Origin: Polynucleobacter sp. | GTDB lineage: Bacteria > Pseudomonadota > Gammaproteobacteria > Burkholderiales > Burkholderiaceae | Direction of reading: 5' to 3' | Assembly: GCA_016462905.1 (NCBI GenBank) | Contig: JAEMSI010000002.1 | Coordinates: 41,848-105,847, forward strand | Length of the DNA: 64,000 nucleotides | In this document: positions 1 to 11,455 of the stretch, in pieces | Numbering within the stretch: the stretch's first letter is position 1 | How the letters are laid out: each line of letters begins with the position of its first letter | Made by a program: the position numbers and the translations under genes | The notes under the pieces: generated by a model | The model's database searches: none | What the model saw: only the letters and a program-made list of their open reading frames with translations | Told to the model about the DNA's origin: nothing

Positions 1-1945
1 GGGAAAGATTATTGGTATTGACCTTGGAACCACCAACTCATGTGTGTCAGTGATTGAGGGCGGGTCGCCTAAGGTAATTGAAAATGCAGAGGGCGGTAGA
101 ACCACCCCTTCGATCATCGCCTATATGGAAGATGGCGAAATTCTGGTCGGCGCACCTGCAAAACGTCAGTCAGTTACAAACCCAAAAAATACGATTTACG
201 CTGTAAAGCGTTTAATGGGGCGGAAGTTTACTGATGCAGAGGTGCAAAAGGATATTAGCCTCATGCCCTATGGAATCGCACAGGCCGACAATGGGGATGC
301 TTGGGTTGAGGTACGTGGCAAAAAGATGGCACCACAACAGGTGTCCGCTGAAATCTTGCGCAAAATGAAAAAAACTGCGGAAGATTATTTGGGCGAAGAA
401 GTGACTGAAGCCGTGATTACGGTTCCAGCCTACTTTAATGACAGCCAGCGTCAGGCCACCAAAGATGCTGGTCGCATTGCTGGACTCGATGTAAAACGGA
501 TTATTAACGAGCCTACCGCAGCCGCTTTGGCTTTTGGTTTAGACAAGCAAGAAAAAATTGATCGAAAAATTGCGGTATACGACCTTGGCGGCGGAACTTT
601 TGATGTTTCGATTATCGAGATAGCCAATGTGGATGGTGAAAAGCAATTTGAAGTGTTGTCGACCAATGGCGATACTTTCTTGGGCGGTGAAGATTTTGAT
701 CAACGGATTATCGATTGGATCATTGCTGAATTTAAGAAAGAGCAAGGGGTTGATTTAAGTAAAGACGTATTAGCTTTGCAACGCCTAAAAGATGCGGCTG
801 AAAAAGCGAAAATTGAACTCTCATCCGCTCAGCAAACCGAAATTAATTTGCCTTACGTGACTGCTGATGCAAGTGGGCCAAAGCATTTAAATCTCAAGTT
901 AACTCGTTCCAAGTTCGAGTCTTTGGTTGAGGAGTTGATCGAGCGTACGATGGGTCCATGCCAAATGGCCATGAAAGATGCCGGTGTTAGTGCTGCGGAT
1001 ATCCATGATGTGATTTTGGTTGGCGGACAAACCCGCATGCCAAAAGTACAGGACAAAGTTAAGGATATTTTCGGCAAGGAGCCTCGTAAAGATGTGAACC
1101 CGGATGAGGCTGTAGCTGTTGGCGCAGCGATTCAAGGCTCGGTATTGTCTGGTGATCGTAAGGATGTCTTGTTGTTGGATGTAACACCCTTGTCTTTAGG
1201 TATTGAAACCTTAGGCGGGATTATGACTAAGATGATTCAGAAGAACACCACGATTCCAACCAAGTATTCACAAGTCTTTTCAACGGCTGAAGACAATCAA
1301 CCTGCGGTGACGATTAAATGCTTTCAAGGTGAGCGTGAAATGGCCAGCGCTAATAAATTGCTGGGCGAATTTAATTTAGAGGGAATTCCGCCTTCAGCGC
1401 GCGGCTTGCCGCAGATTGAAGTGACCTTTGATATTGATGCTAATGGTATCTTGCATGTCACCGCAAAAGACAAAGCATCAGGCAAAGAAAACAAGATTAC
1501 GATTAAAGCCAATTCAGGTTTATCTGAAGCAGAAATTCAGAGTATGGTGAAAGACGCCGAAGCGAATGCTGCTGAAGATCGTAAATTAGTTGAGTTGGTC
1601 GCCTCAAAAAATACCGCTGATGCATTAGTGCATTCAACTAAAAAGGCTTTAGATGAGCATGGCGCCAGTCTTGAAGCCAGCGAAAAATCAGCGATTGAAT
1701 CCGCTCTTAAAGATTTAGATGAGGCAGTCAAGGGAAGCGATAAGGCTGATATTGACGCGAAGACGGAAGTTCTCGCTAAGGTAAGCCAGAAATTGGGAGA
1801 AAAAGTGTACGCCCAACAACAGGCCGCTGCTGCTAGCGGAACACCTGAGGGTAATGCTGCTGCAGATGCCTCTGCCAGTGCTGCTGGGCCGAAAGAAGCC
1901 GAGGTAGTTGATGGCGACTTCAAAGAGGTCAATGATAAGAAGTAA
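1..1945 (+). CDS. dnaK: Chaperone DnaK (Hsp70); 5' end truncated by 2 nt at the window edge
   Basis: The frame is open from nt 2: (AT)G GGA AAG ATT ATT GGT ATT GAC CTT GGA ACC ACC AAC = (M)[13 protein letters not shown]. The protein has the DLGGGTFD and [14 protein letters not shown] Hsp70 motifs. The ORF-track start at 44 is internal. Confidence 0.99.
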   Translation, partial: GKIIGIDLGTTNSCVSVIEGGSPKVIENAEGGRTTPSIIAYMEDGEILVGAPAKRQSVTNPKNTIYAVKRLMGRKFTDAEVQKDISLMPYGIAQADNGDAWVEVRGKKMAPQQVSAEILRKMKKTAEDYLGEEVTEAVITVPAYFNDSQRQATKDAGRIAGLDVKRIINEPTAAALAFGLDKQEKIDRKIAVYDLGGGTFDVSIIEIANVDGEKQFEVLSTNGDTFLGGEDFDQRIIDWIIAEFKKEQGVDLSKDVLALQRLKDAAEKAKIELSSAQQTEINLPYVTADASGPKHLNLKLTRSKFESLVEELIERTMGPCQMAMKDAGVSAADIHDVILVGGQTRMPKVQDKVKDIFGKEPRKDVNPDEAVAVGAAIQGSVLSGDRKDVLLLDVTPLSLGIETLGGIMTKMIQKNTTIPTKYSQVFSTAEDNQPAVTIKCFQGEREMASANKLLGEFNLEGIPPSARGLPQIEVTFDIDANGILHVTAKDKASGKENKITIKANSGLSEAEIQSMVKDAEANAAEDRKLVELVASKNTADALVHSTKKALDEHGASLEASEKSAIESALKDLDEAVKGSDKADIDAKTEVLAKVSQKLGEKVYAQQQAAAASGTPEGNAAADASASAAGPKEAEVVDGDFKEVNDKK

Positions 1946-1961
1946 AGTATAGGTTTAATTT

Positions 1962-1999
1962 AATGAGCAAAGTCGGCCTAGCGCCGACTTCTCATTTTT
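1962..1999 (+). terminator. Hairpin plus T-tract between dnaK and dnaJ (intrinsic terminator/attenuator)
   Basis: AAGTCGGC-ctagc-GCCGACTT stem (1970-1990), extended by AATGAG/CTCATT and followed by TTTTT. Confidence 0.75.
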
Positions 2000-2024
2000 A
2001 TCAGTAAGACAAAAGGAATGCGTT

Positions 2025-3158
2025 GTGGCGACAGGTAAACGAGATTTTTACGAAATACTTGGTGTGGCGAAAAATGCCAGCGAAGAGGATTTAAAAAAAG
2101 CCTATCGTAAGTTGGCGATGAAGTATCACCCTGATCGTAATCCCGATAACCCTCAGGCCGAGGCTAGTTTTAAAGAAGCTAAAGAAGCTTATGAGACTCT
2201 ATCCGACCCACAAAAACGAGGCGCTTATGATCAGTTTGGTCATGCTGGTGTTGATCCTAGCATGGGCGGGTTTGGAGGCGCTGGCGCAGGAGCAGCGGGT
2301 GGTTTTGCCGATGCTTTTGGGGACATTTTCGGTGATATCTTTGGTCAGGGCGGAAGAGCTGCTGGACCCCAAGTTTATAAAGGCGCCGACCTGCGTTACA
2401 ACATGGAAATTACCCTTGAGCAAGCTGCTGAGGGGTACACCACACAAATTCGGGTGCCCAGTTGGAGTAATTGCAAAGCGTGTAATGGAAGTGGCGCTGA
2501 AGCGGGTAGCAAGGTTGAAAATTGCCCCACCTGTGATGGTCGCGGACAGGTTCGAGTGGCTCAAGGGTTTTTCTCAATGCAACAAACTTGCCCTAAATGT
2601 CGTGGAACTGGCAAATATATTCCCAAGCCATGCAAACAGTGTCATGGCGATGGAAAAATAAAAGAACAAAAAACCTTAGAGATTAAGATTCCAGCCGGTA
2701 TTGACGATGGCATGCGGGTTCGTTCGGTAGGGAATGGAGAGCCTGGGATTAACGGCGGCCCTGCTGGCGACTTATACGTTGAAGTGCGCGTTAAACCACA
2801 CCCTGTTTTCGAAAGAGATGGGGGGGATTTACACGTTCAAATGCCGATATCGATTGCCGCCGCTACTTTGGGCGGAGAGATTGAAGTGCCGACCTTAACT
2901 GGTCGAGTTGCTTTGACTATTCCAGAGGGAACTCAAACTGGAAAAACCTTCCGTTTGCGCAGCAAGGGGATTAAAGGTTTGCGCTCTAGTTTATTGGGCG
3001 ATCTTTATGTCCATGTTTTATTGGAAACACCAGTTAAATTATCGGATCAACAAAAAAATCTCTTAAAAGAGTTTGAAGCTTCTTTACGCGCTGGTGGCGA
3101 TAAACACAGCCCTCAACAAAAGGGATGGCTAGATCGGATGAAAAGTTTTTTTAGTTAA
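2025..3158 (+). CDS. dnaJ: Chaperone DnaJ
   Basis: J-domain with HPD, G/F-rich linker and four CxxCxGxG zinc-finger repeats. GTG start with an AAGGA SD; follows dnaK. Confidence 0.99.
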   Translation: MATGKRDFYEILGVAKNASEEDLKKAYRKLAMKYHPDRNPDNPQAEASFKEAKEAYETLSDPQKRGAYDQFGHAGVDPSMGGFGGAGAGAAGGFADAFGDIFGDIFGQGGRAAGPQVYKGADLRYNMEITLEQAAEGYTTQIRVPSWSNCKACNGSGAEAGSKVENCPTCDGRGQVRVAQGFFSMQQTCPKCRGTGKYIPKPCKQCHGDGKIKEQKTLEIKIPAGIDDGMRVRSVGNGEPGINGGPAGDLYVEVRVKPHPVFERDGGDLHVQMPISIAAATLGGEIEVPTLTGRVALTIPEGTQTGKTFRLRSKGIKGLRSSLLGDLYVHVLLETPVKLSDQQKNLLKEFEASLRAGGDKHSPQQKGWLDRMKSFFS

Positions 3159-3163
3159 AGGTT

Positions 3164-3982
3164 TTAACTTGCGAAACTGTGCTCTGGCCCAGGAAATTTT
3201 CCTGATTTAACCTCGCGAACAAATGCTTTAATTGCACCTTCAATCGAGTTTGCTTCTGCCATAAAGTTTTTTACAAATTTTGCTGGTTTGCCTAAGTTTA
3301 GGCCCAGCATATCTTGCAGAACTAAGACTTGACCAGAGCAATCGGGACCAGCCCCAATACCGATAGTAGGGATTGATATTGAATGGCTTATTTTGGCCCC
3401 AAGACTCGATGGGATTGCCTCTAGAACTAGCATTTGCGCGCCTGCCTCAGCGCACATTTGCGCTTGTTCCAACATATGCGTAGCGGCATCGCGGGACTTT
3501 CCTTGAACTTTGTAGCCACCTAGAAGGTGCACCGATTGGGGAAGTAAGCCAAGATGAGCGCACACGGGAACACTCCGCTCAACCAAGTATCGAATCGTTT
3601 CAACTTGCCAATTTCCACCGCCCTCAAGCTTCACCATATCGGCACCAGCCCGCATCAGAAGGGCGGATGACTCTAGGGCTTGAACGGGGTCGCCATAGCT
3701 GGCAAACGGCAAATCAGCAATTAAAAAAGCATGCTGATTCACCCGTGAAACGCACCCTGTGTGATAGGCCATATCTTCAATACGGACTGGAGTTGTGCTG
3801 CTGTGTCCTTGAATTACATTACCCAAGGAGTCGCCGATCAAAATGACATCAACGCCACAATAATTTAAAAGTGCTGACATGGTTGAATCATAGGCAGTTA
3901 GTACAGCAATTTTTTCCCCTTCAGCATGCATTGCTAAAAGCTTGGTAATCGAAAGGGGTTTTTCAGTTTGCAGATAACTCAT
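3164..3982 (-). CDS. panB: 3-methyl-2-oxobutanoate hydroxymethyltransferase
   Basis: [23 protein letters not shown] and [15 protein letters not shown] motifs. Confidence 0.97.
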   Translation of the reverse strand: MSYLQTEKPLSITKLLAMHAEGEKIAVLTAYDSTMSALLNYCGVDVILIGDSLGNVIQGHSSTTPVRIEDMAYHTGCVSRVNQHAFLIADLPFASYGDPVQALESSALLMRAGADMVKLEGGGNWQVETIRYLVERSVPVCAHLGLLPQSVHLLGGYKVQGKSRDAATHMLEQAQMCAEAGAQMLVLEAIPSSLGAKISHSISIPTIGIGAGPDCSGQVLVLQDMLGLNLGKPAKFVKNFMAEANSIEGAIKAFVREVKSGKFPGPEHSFAS

Positions 3983-3999
3983 GGGAAGAGTTTAATGAA

Positions 4000-4509
4000 T
4001 TAATGAATCTGCTGACCACAATCGCAATTTTTGCAGGTTAAACGGGAAATTCGTTGGTGAGCTACTTTGGGCAGAAAATCTTTTAATTGCCCCACTTCTG
4101 GCCAAAAGAAATTGGGTTCAATTTCCAATAAGGGGAGTAAAACAAAGGATCTTTCTGTAATGCGGGGGTGCGGAAGGGTTAGATCAGTTTGATTTTGCTC
4201 AAATCCTTCATAAAATAAAATATCGATATCCAGGGTTCGTGGCGCATTGGTATAGGGACGTTCTCTACCAAACTGATGCTCAATCGATTGGCAAACATAA
4301 AGCAGGCCATAAGGATCTAGATCGGTCTCGATGCGGATTACCGAATTAATGTAGTCACCACCTATTGCGTCGATAGGGGCACTTTGATAGAAACAACTTT
4401 TATTAATAATTTGTACTTCAGTGCGTTGGGCTAGACAAACAATGGCGTCAGTAATAATCTGGCGAGCATCGCCTAAATTGCCACCAAACCCAATAAATGA
4501 AAAAGCCAT
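4000..4509 (-). CDS. folK: 2-amino-4-hydroxy-6-hydroxymethyldihydropteridine diphosphokinase (HPPK)
   Basis: IGFGGNLG, the HPPK signature R-x(5)-PRTLDIDIL and LPHPRITERSFVLLPL; lies downstream of pcnB. Confidence 0.96.
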   Translation of the reverse strand: MAFSFIGFGGNLGDARQIITDAIVCLAQRTEVQIINKSCFYQSAPIDAIGGDYINSVIRIETDLDPYGLLYVCQSIEHQFGRERPYTNAPRTLDIDILFYEGFEQNQTDLTLPHPRITERSFVLLPLLEIEPNFFWPEVGQLKDFLPKVAHQRISRLTCKNCDCGQQIH

Positions 4510-4551
4510 GTGCGCCTCTAAATAAATAGCATTTACTTTACTGAAAAAACC

Positions 4552-6036
4552 TTAGGTCTGCTTGGGGTCCCGATGGCCTTGGCTTACGGGCGTGGTTTCT
4601 GAGTCGAATGGGCTTGCGGCACCTGAATCATTAGGACTGGTTTTTTTACTGGGGCGTTTGCGTCTGCGTCGCGCAGTACTTTTATTTTCAGAGGACAGCG
4701 CTTCTGGTTTGGTATTCGATGCCTCCTTGGCTTGAGCCATCAGTTCACTTTGCTCATCCGGGCTAGAGCTAATAAATGAAGTCCACCATTGTGCTAAATT
4801 CGCAGGACATCCTCCCACATGACTTGGCAAAGAGCTGCGGAGTAACATAAAGTCGTAACCTGCTCGAAAGCGGGGAATTTCAAGCAGTCGATACGGATAC
4901 CGCCCTACGCGTTTATCAAAACGGGGTTGCATGGTCCAAATATCACGCATATCGCCTTCATGACGCCGTTGAATCACAATCCCGTTACTTTGCTGACTCA
5001 CCGTTTCATCCATTGCCGCATGGAGCGCTGGCAATTTTGGCATTCCTTGACTTTGAAAAAAGTCCCAATGTTTTACGAGTTCTGGCCACAAGAGAGCGGC
5101 GAATAAGAATCCAGGGGAAACTGATTTACCGGTTTGAATGCGCTCATCGGTATTGAGTAATGCCTGTTTTACAAAAGCACTTCCTTCGCCTGCATCCAGT
5201 ACTTTATCGAGAAGAGGCAGTAGACCATGGTGTAAGCCGGCTTCGCGTAAACCTTGAATAGCGCTCCACGCATAACCAGACATGAGTAATTTTAAAATTT
5301 CATCAAATAGCCGCGCACTAGGAACATCATGGATCAGATCGGCTAATTCAGCGATGGGTTGGCGAGTGCCTTTGTCAATTTCGAAGCCAGTTTTAGCAGC
5401 GAAACGAATCGCACGGAGCATTCGGATGGGATCTTCGCGGTAGCGTTTAGAGGCATCGCCAATCATGCGAATGGTTTTTGCGCCAATATCATTCATTCCG
5501 CCGTGATAATCGAGCACGGTTTCAGTCGCGGGGTCGTAATACATCGCGTTAATGGTGAAATCCCGCCGTGCTGCATCTTCCGCATGAGTACCCCAGACGT
5601 TGTCTCGTAAGATACGGCCACTTTCTGCAACATGTTCGCCAACACTTTCTAATACTGCTCTAAATGTCGACACTTCGATGATTTCGGGACGTTCTTTGCC
5701 AAAAAAAGTTACGTGCACAATTTGAAAGCGTCGTCCAATCAAGCGTGAACGGCGAAAACATTTCTGCACTTGATCGGGTGTTGCATTGGTGGCAACGTCA
5801 AAATCCTTGGGCGCTATTCCCAACACTAGATCACGCACCGCACCACCAACAATGTACGCTTTGAATCCAGCTTGTTGAAGGGTATGGGTAACCTTAACGG
5901 CATTTTTAGAAAGTAACTCAGGATTAATTCGATGGATTTTCTTGGGAACGCGATGGGCAACTAAAGCGGCGCCAGTTTGGTGCAATTTTGACCTAGGTCG
6001 TCGTCGAATCAGACGATCAAAAAATTGAGTGATCAA
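4552..6036 (-). CDS. pcnB: Poly(A) polymerase I
   Basis: VGGAVRDL..KDFDVAT nucleotidyltransferase motif, RRDFTINA and EDPIRMLRA, with a basic C-terminal tail. Likely TTG start at 6036 overlapping the upstream stop (TTGA); the ORF track extends to 6060. Confidence 0.96.
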   Translation of the reverse strand: MITQFFDRLIRRRPRSKLHQTGAALVAHRVPKKIHRINPELLSKNAVKVTHTLQQAGFKAYIVGGAVRDLVLGIAPKDFDVATNATPDQVQKCFRRSRLIGRRFQIVHVTFFGKERPEIIEVSTFRAVLESVGEHVAESGRILRDNVWGTHAEDAARRDFTINAMYYDPATETVLDYHGGMNDIGAKTIRMIGDASKRYREDPIRMLRAIRFAAKTGFEIDKGTRQPIAELADLIHDVPSARLFDEILKLLMSGYAWSAIQGLREAGLHHGLLPLLDKVLDAGEGSAFVKQALLNTDERIQTGKSVSPGFLFAALLWPELVKHWDFFQSQGMPKLPALHAAMDETVSQQSNGIVIQRRHEGDMRDIWTMQPRFDKRVGRYPYRLLEIPRFRAGYDFMLLRSSLPSHVGGCPANLAQWWTSFISSSPDEQSELMAQAKEASNTKPEALSSENKSTARRRRKRPSKKTSPNDSGAASPFDSETTPVSQGHRDPKQT

Positions 6037-6713
6037 GTAAATAATTCCAAAATAGGCCAATTCCGTTTTTGGGCCTCAGCGCGTAACTTCGAATCAGGGT
6101 TGGTGGCAACGGGGTTACTTACTTTTTCAAGTAAGGCTATATCATTCATCGAATCGGAATAAAAATAACTTTTTTCAACTGTCTCCCAAGATAAATCTAG
6201 GCTTTGAAGCCATTTTTCAACGCGCTTGACTTTGCCTTCCCGAAAACTGGGAATCCCGTTTACTTCCCCTGTATACCTTCCGTCATCTCGATTTCCCTCG
6301 GTAGCGGGTTCGGTAGCCACGAGATGATGAATGCCAAAGCGCGCAACAATTGGACGAGTAACAAAACTATTGGTTGCAGTAACAACACAACATACATCAC
6401 CAGCTTTTAAGTGGCGAAGCACCAAAGTAATTGCTGCAGAATTTAGTTTTTTATCAATCACATCAGTCATGAACTGATCATGCCACTCTTTCAATTGAAC
6501 GCGAGAATGTTGTGATAACGGTTTTAAAGCAAAACGTAAGAAACGATCAATATCCAACTTACCATGTTGATAGTCCTCATAGAATTGTTGATTGGCTTGC
6601 GCGTATTGATCGCCATCGACAACGCCAAGCTGAACTAGGAATTGTCCCCACTCATAGTCGCTATCAAATGGGATTAGAGTATGGTCTAAATCAAATAAGG
6701 CTAGCGTTGTCAT
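6033..6713 (-). CDS. HAD-IB family hydrolase (SerB-like phosphatase)
   Basis: FDLDHTL motif I, VVTAT motif II and YSDSMND motif IV; sits between hda and pcnB. Confidence 0.9.
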   Translation of the reverse strand: MTTLALFDLDHTLIPFDSDYEWGQFLVQLGVVDGDQYAQANQQFYEDYQHGKLDIDRFLRFALKPLSQHSRVQLKEWHDQFMTDVIDKKLNSAAITLVLRHLKAGDVCCVVTATNSFVTRPIVARFGIHHLVATEPATEGNRDDGRYTGEVNGIPSFREGKVKRVEKWLQSLDLSWETVEKSYFYSDSMNDIALLEKVSNPVATNPDSKLRAEAQKRNWPILELFT

Positions 6714-7480
6714 GAAGCGGATTTTCCTGGGGCTTGTAAAAGTTCGCGAACCAGCGGAAGCGTAATGGCCCGTTTGGTTTCAAGCGAGTAGGCGTCAAGA
6801 GCGTCTAATAATCCCATTAAGCTTGGCATATCCCTAAAAAATCGTTTGAGAAGCCATTCCAGTATCTCAGCGGATAAAACCAAACCTCGGTCTTGCGCGG
6901 CTTGTTTTAAAGCGGCCATTTTGTCCTGATCGGAAAGGGTATGTAATTGGTAGACCAAACCCCAAGCAATTCGGGTGCGGAGATCTTCGCGTAGTTTTAG
7001 ATTGGCGGGAGCTGTCTTTCCGCACATCAATATAAAGCTGGCCTGACTTGCTTGGATTAAATTTAAGATGCGAAATAAGCTGGCCTGTTGACGCTCGTCT
7101 AATTGTTCAATATCGTCAATGCAAATTACATTGGCTTGAGTTTGTTCATACCATTTAGTAAGATTTTCCTCGGCCTGAATCCAATGACTTGGATTTTGTG
7201 CCTCTAAAAAAAGAGTATTCAAACTCAGTTCGATTGCTTCGGATTGCATGGCTTTTAATAAATGGGTGCACCCCGAACCCGACTCACCCCACCAGTAAAT
7301 CCACCTCTGATTGAGGGGATTATTCGCCCCAATTTTATTTCCTAACCAACTGGTTTTTACTGCATGCAGTTGGTTCAGTAAATCGGTATTTCCAGTGGCT
7401 AGAAAATTATCTAATTTAGCTTGGCGCGCATGACTAAGATCAAGCGCAAACTGTCTGGGTAAAGCGGGCGAAAAAGTCAT
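6710..7480 (-). CDS. hda: DnaA regulatory inactivator Hda
   Basis: N-terminal clamp-binding-like QFALDL, Walker A-like GESGSGCTHLL, Walker B CIDDIE and arginine-finger DLRTRIAWG; in the purM-hda-pcnB neighbourhood. Confidence 0.9.
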   Translation of the reverse strand: MTFSPALPRQFALDLSHARQAKLDNFLATGNTDLLNQLHAVKTSWLGNKIGANNPLNQRWIYWWGESGSGCTHLLKAMQSEAIELSLNTLFLEAQNPSHWIQAEENLTKWYEQTQANVICIDDIEQLDERQQASLFRILNLIQASQASFILMCGKTAPANLKLREDLRTRIAWGLVYQLHTLSDQDKMAALKQAAQDRGLVLSAEILEWLLKRFFRDMPSLMGLLDALDAYSLETKRAITLPLVRELLQAPGKSAS

Positions 7481-7488
7481 TACTGTAT

Positions 7489-8478
7489 TTATTTTTGATA
7501 CCAGTTACTTTTTGAGTATTCGGACCAAACAAAACGAATTAGCACTAAGCTGACAGCACTTGCGGGAAGTGCCAATAAGATTCCAAAAAACCCAAATAAA
7601 CTGCCGAAAAATAGCAAAGCAAAGAGAACCGCTACAGGGTGTAAGCCAATCCGTTCGCCCACTAGGCGTGGAGTTAAATAAAAACCTTCTAATAATTGTC
7701 CGATACCAAATAAAACCAAGAGGCCGATTAATTGACCGCCCACTCCAAATTCAAGCAGTACCGACATAATTCCTAAACTCAGTCCAAGAGTAATACCAAT
7801 ATAGGGGATCAAAATCATTAAGGCGGTAAATACGCCTAGCGCAATCGCTACTTGGATGCCAATCAAGCTTAATCCAAGGCTGTAAAAAATAGCCAAAATA
7901 AAAATAACAGAGATCTGGCCGCGTAAATATTGCGATAGCAGAAGATCGGTTTCTAGTGCTAATTGAGCAACAGTGCGTTGATAGCGAACGGGAATTAATT
8001 GATGCAGTAATTTAAAAAAATGTTCCCAGTCAATTAAAAGATAAAACAAAACAAATAAGGTCAATACCAAGTTCACAAAAGTGGTCACAATGGAACTGCC
8101 AGAGGCTAGGATCGATTCAGCAGTTTTGCCAAGAATTACATTTAGGTTAGTGCTTAAGTGATCGCTGACGCGATGCATTATTTCTTGCCTTAGCGAAGTC
8201 CAATCTAATTGGATCGAAAAATGAGCCAAGATCGGTTCGAGCCATTTTTGGCTTGCTTCGAGCCAAATTGGTGCCTGAGCCTGTAATAGGGGAATTTCAT
8301 TGCGAATCAGACTAGCCAATAAAATAACAATCAGACACAACAAACTCAAACCTAAAATGATTGCGATGCTCGCCGCTAAGGCCCTGGATAGTTTTAGGCG
8401 CTCTAGCAGTAAAGCAATCGGGCGTAGGGCATACGCCAAAATAAAGGCTGCTAAAAAAGGGGTAAAAATATTTGCCAT
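7489..8478 (-). CDS. AI-2E (PerM/YdiK) family transporter
   Basis: Multi-TM protein with the typical LTPRLVGERIGLHP and GILLALP segments; divergent from purM. Confidence 0.9.
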   Translation of the reverse strand: MANIFTPFLAAFILAYALRPIALLLERLKLSRALAASIAIILGLSLLCLIVILLASLIRNEIPLLQAQAPIWLEASQKWLEPILAHFSIQLDWTSLRQEIMHRVSDHLSTNLNVILGKTAESILASGSSIVTTFVNLVLTLFVLFYLLIDWEHFFKLLHQLIPVRYQRTVAQLALETDLLLSQYLRGQISVIFILAIFYSLGLSLIGIQVAIALGVFTALMILIPYIGITLGLSLGIMSVLLEFGVGGQLIGLLVLFGIGQLLEGFYLTPRLVGERIGLHPVAVLFALLFFGSLFGFFGILLALPASAVSLVLIRFVWSEYSKSNWYQK

Positions 8479-8564
8479 GATGCTTTCATACTCTAGAATT
8501 CATTCATTCTAACGACCTAGTTCAAATAAGTTATTGTTTACACCTTTAGTAAGAGCCAAATTCT

Positions 8565-9617
8565 ATGACTGATTCAGCCAATTCTGCCAATAAAAGCCTT
8601 TCCTATCGTGACGCGGGGGTCGATATTGATGCTGGCGACGCCTTGGTTGATCGTATCAAGCCCTTGGCTAAGAAAACCATGCGAGAGGGGGTTTTGGCTG
8701 GAATTGGCGGTTTTGGGGCCTTATTTGAGATCCCTAAGCGGTATAAGGAGCCGGTTTTAGTTTCTGGGACCGATGGGGTTGGTACTAAGTTAAAGCTGGC
8801 TTTTGAGTGGAATCAGCATGAGACGATCGGCCAAGATTTGGTCGCCATGAGCGTTAACGATATTTTGGTCCAAGGTGCTGAACCCTTATTTTTCTTGGAT
8901 TATTTTGCTTGCGGCAAGTTATCGGTCGATACCGCCACGACGGTGATTGCAGGCATTGCGAAGGGATGCGAGCTTTCTGGTTGCGCCTTAATTGGTGGTG
9001 AGACTGCTGAAATGCCAGGCATGTACCCGCCTGGTGAATATGATTTAGCCGGCTTTGCTGTCGGCGCTGTTGAAAAGTCAAAAATTATTAACGGCTCAAG
9101 CATTAAGCCAGGTGATGTGGTTATCGGGATCGCATCGAGTGGCGCTCATTCCAATGGGTATTCCTTAATTCGGAAAATTATTGAACGTGCCGGCGTTTCT
9201 CCCAATGAAGATATCGATGGCCGATCTTTGCGTGAGTTAGTCATGGCGCCCACGCAAATTTATGTCAAACCGTTATTGAAATTGATGACTCAGTTTCAAA
9301 TTAAAGGCCTTGCGCATATTACGGGTGGTGGCTTGGTTGATAATGTGCCACGCATTTTGCCAGAGAATACGCAAGCTATTTTGCATCGCGATTCTTGGAA
9401 AATGCCCGCATTATTTCGCTGGTTACAAATGAAAGGTGGAGTCATTGATGCCGAAATGGTGCGTGTATTCAATTGCGGAATTGGTATGGTTTTAATCGTT
9501 GCACAAGCAGAAGCCGATTCCATTATTGCTGCTTTAAAACAAGAGGCTTTAGATGCTTGGGTCTTGGGTGGAGTAGTCGAGCGGCCAGCAAATACTCCCC
9601 AAACCATCGTGGTTTAA
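8565..9617 (+). CDS. purM: Phosphoribosylformylglycinamidine cyclo-ligase
   Basis: [30 protein letters not shown] and FNCGIGM motifs. Confidence 0.99.
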   Translation: MTDSANSANKSLSYRDAGVDIDAGDALVDRIKPLAKKTMREGVLAGIGGFGALFEIPKRYKEPVLVSGTDGVGTKLKLAFEWNQHETIGQDLVAMSVNDILVQGAEPLFFLDYFACGKLSVDTATTVIAGIAKGCELSGCALIGGETAEMPGMYPPGEYDLAGFAVGAVEKSKIINGSSIKPGDVVIGIASSGAHSNGYSLIRKIIERAGVSPNEDIDGRSLRELVMAPTQIYVKPLLKLMTQFQIKGLAHITGGGLVDNVPRILPENTQAILHRDSWKMPALFRWLQMKGGVIDAEMVRVFNCGIGMVLIVAQAEADSIIAALKQEALDAWVLGGVVERPANTPQTIVV

Positions 9618-9627
9618 CTCGTTTAGG

Positions 9628-10599
9628 TTAATCCTGAGAAATTAAATAGTTTTTGCAATACGCCAGGGCTTCTTCAAATCCCTTGCTTTGAACAGGATCA
9701 AATACAGTTCGATCCATGGCTCGTAACCAGGTTGATTGGCGTTTGCTAAGTTGGCGGGTTGCCGCCAATCCTTTTTCGCGCATTCTTTCGAGATTAGTTT
9801 CACCATTGAGGTATTCCCAAACTTGACGATATCCCACCGAGCGAATCGCTGGGAGATTTTCATGCAAATCACCGCGTTGATGTAATTTTCTGACTTCATC
9901 AATCAATCCGTTTTTGAGCATGTCATCAAAGCGTTTTTCTAAAAGGGCGTGAAGCGTGCCGCGGTCGCTAGGCTCCAATGAAACTGCTTTGATCCAATTG
10001 GGTATCGGCTCCCCACTGCGCCCATCTCCCTCAGGCGCCTGTGCAAATAAGTTTGATATTGGTTTACCGGTGATATGAAAAACTTCAAGTGCTCGCTGGA
10101 TCCGTTGACTGTCATTCGGTTTTAAACGCGCCGCAGTGATGGCATCGACTTTGGCTAACTCAGCGTGCATGGCTGGCCATCCGCCCAATTGAATGGCTTG
10201 CTCATCGAGCCGCTGACGAATTTCTGGATTTGCAGGTGGCATATTCGAAAGACCATAAACCCAAGCGCGCCAATACAACATCGTGCCACCCACGATCAGA
10301 GGAATGTGATCACGTTCCTGGATTTCACGAATGCGTTGTTTAACATCCCTCGCAAAACAGGCGGCTGAATACGCTTCGCTGGGATCTAAAATATCAATTA
10401 AATGATGGCGCACTTGCTCTTGTTCGGCTTTGCTTGGTTTAGCGGTACCAATATCCATATCGCGATAAACCAATGCCGAATCCATGCTAACAATCTCGAT
10501 GGTTTTACCCTCTGCTTGCATGGCTTCAGCCAAGCGCATCGATAAGGCACTTTTTCCAGACCCGGTCGGGCCAATGATGGATAACAGCCGTATTGTCAA
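9628..10599 (-). CDS. miaA: tRNA dimethylallyltransferase
   Basis: GPTGSGKS P-loop, SMDSALVYRDMDIGTAKP, VGGT and ATRQLSKRQSTW; TTG start. Confidence 0.97.
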   Translation of the reverse strand: MTIRLLSIIGPTGSGKSALSMRLAEAMQAEGKTIEIVSMDSALVYRDMDIGTAKPSKAEQEQVRHHLIDILDPSEAYSAACFARDVKQRIREIQERDHIPLIVGGTMLYWRAWVYGLSNMPPANPEIRQRLDEQAIQLGGWPAMHAELAKVDAITAARLKPNDSQRIQRALEVFHITGKPISNLFAQAPEGDGRSGEPIPNWIKAVSLEPSDRGTLHALLEKRFDDMLKNGLIDEVRKLHQRGDLHENLPAIRSVGYRQVWEYLNGETNLERMREKGLAATRQLSKRQSTWLRAMDRTVFDPVQSKGFEEALAYCKNYLISQD

Positions 10600-10612
10600 G
10601 ATTGAAGCAAGC

Positions 10613-11455
10613 TTAATGTTGACGCACTTGATTCTCTAGGCTAACCATGTGTTCGCGAATTTCTTCGGCATCGGAAGCGTCAGGTTGTTCAATCAAATAA
10701 CGTTGCATATCTTGTAGCGCAGGGCGCAAGTACTCCAATTGCGCAAAAATTAAACCACGATCGCGAATCTCTTCAATTGAATCCGGCAATAAAATGACTA
10801 GACGCTCTTGGATGCCTAATAAGCGTTCCCAACGTTCGTGCTCGGTGTAGATTAATTTCAGGTTACGTAAGAATCGAGAAATAATTTCTCTCGAACTAGA
10901 GGCTCTAAGAAAGGCGCTGAGCGGTAAGTTCATTTCATCGACATACCCTTTGGCTTGTAAATAGGGATCCAGCATTTCCTGAAGCTCATTTTTAGAAAGG
11001 GACGCTCCCGTTAGGGGGTCCATAATGACTTCGCCCTGTTGAAATGAAACGCGAATCATAAAATGGTTTGGAAAAGACACGCCACGAATCTTTAAGCCAA
11101 TGTGGTTACCCAATTCAATCATTAGAATTGCCAAGGAAATGGGAATCCCGCGGCGGCTCTCTAAAACATGATGGAGGTATGAATTTTCTGGCGCATAAAA
11201 ATCGTTTCGATTTGGACCAAAACCCAAATCTTGATAAAAAAAATGTTTCAGAAGCTGCAGCTTCTGAACAGCCGGCATATCGGGACTAATTCTTTTTTTT
11301 AAGCGCTCGCCCAGTTGATCGATTTCATATAAAACTGCTTCCACATCCAAATCAGGGAAAGCATGCTGTGCAACAGCAATGGCCGTTTCCGTTAAGGGGA
11401 AATGATCATCTTCTGCAACCAGGGAAGCGAAATAGTCTAGTTGTTGAGTTGGCAT
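10613..11455 (-). CDS. SirB1/YchA-family transglutaminase-like TPR protein
   Basis: NSYLHHVLESRRGIPISL, FPNHF and a C-terminal TPR (EIRDRGLIFAQL). ATG at 11455, 5 nt after the murJ stop; the ORF-track extension overlaps murJ. Confidence 0.88.
   Translation of the reverse strand: MPTQQLDYFASLVAEDDHFPLTETAIAVAQHAFPDLDVEAVLYEIDQLGERLKKRISPDMPAVQKLQLLKHFFYQDLGFGPNRNDFYAPENSYLHHVLESRRGIPISLAILMIELGNHIGLKIRGVSFPNHFMIRVSFQQGEVIMDPLTGASLSKNELQEMLDPYLQAKGYVDEMNLPLSAFLRASSSREIISRFLRNLKLIYTEHERWERLLGIQERLVILLPDSIEEIRDRGLIFAQLEYLRPALQDMQRYLIEQPDASDAEEIREHMVSLENQVRQH

Noticed and set aside
451-1932. Antisense ORFs within dnaK (up to 131 aa) and the many similar 60-170 aa ORFs opposite or out of frame to other genes
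   Set aside because: They lie wholly inside well-supported housekeeping CDSs and show no family motifs or initiation signals; they are typical shadow ORFs.
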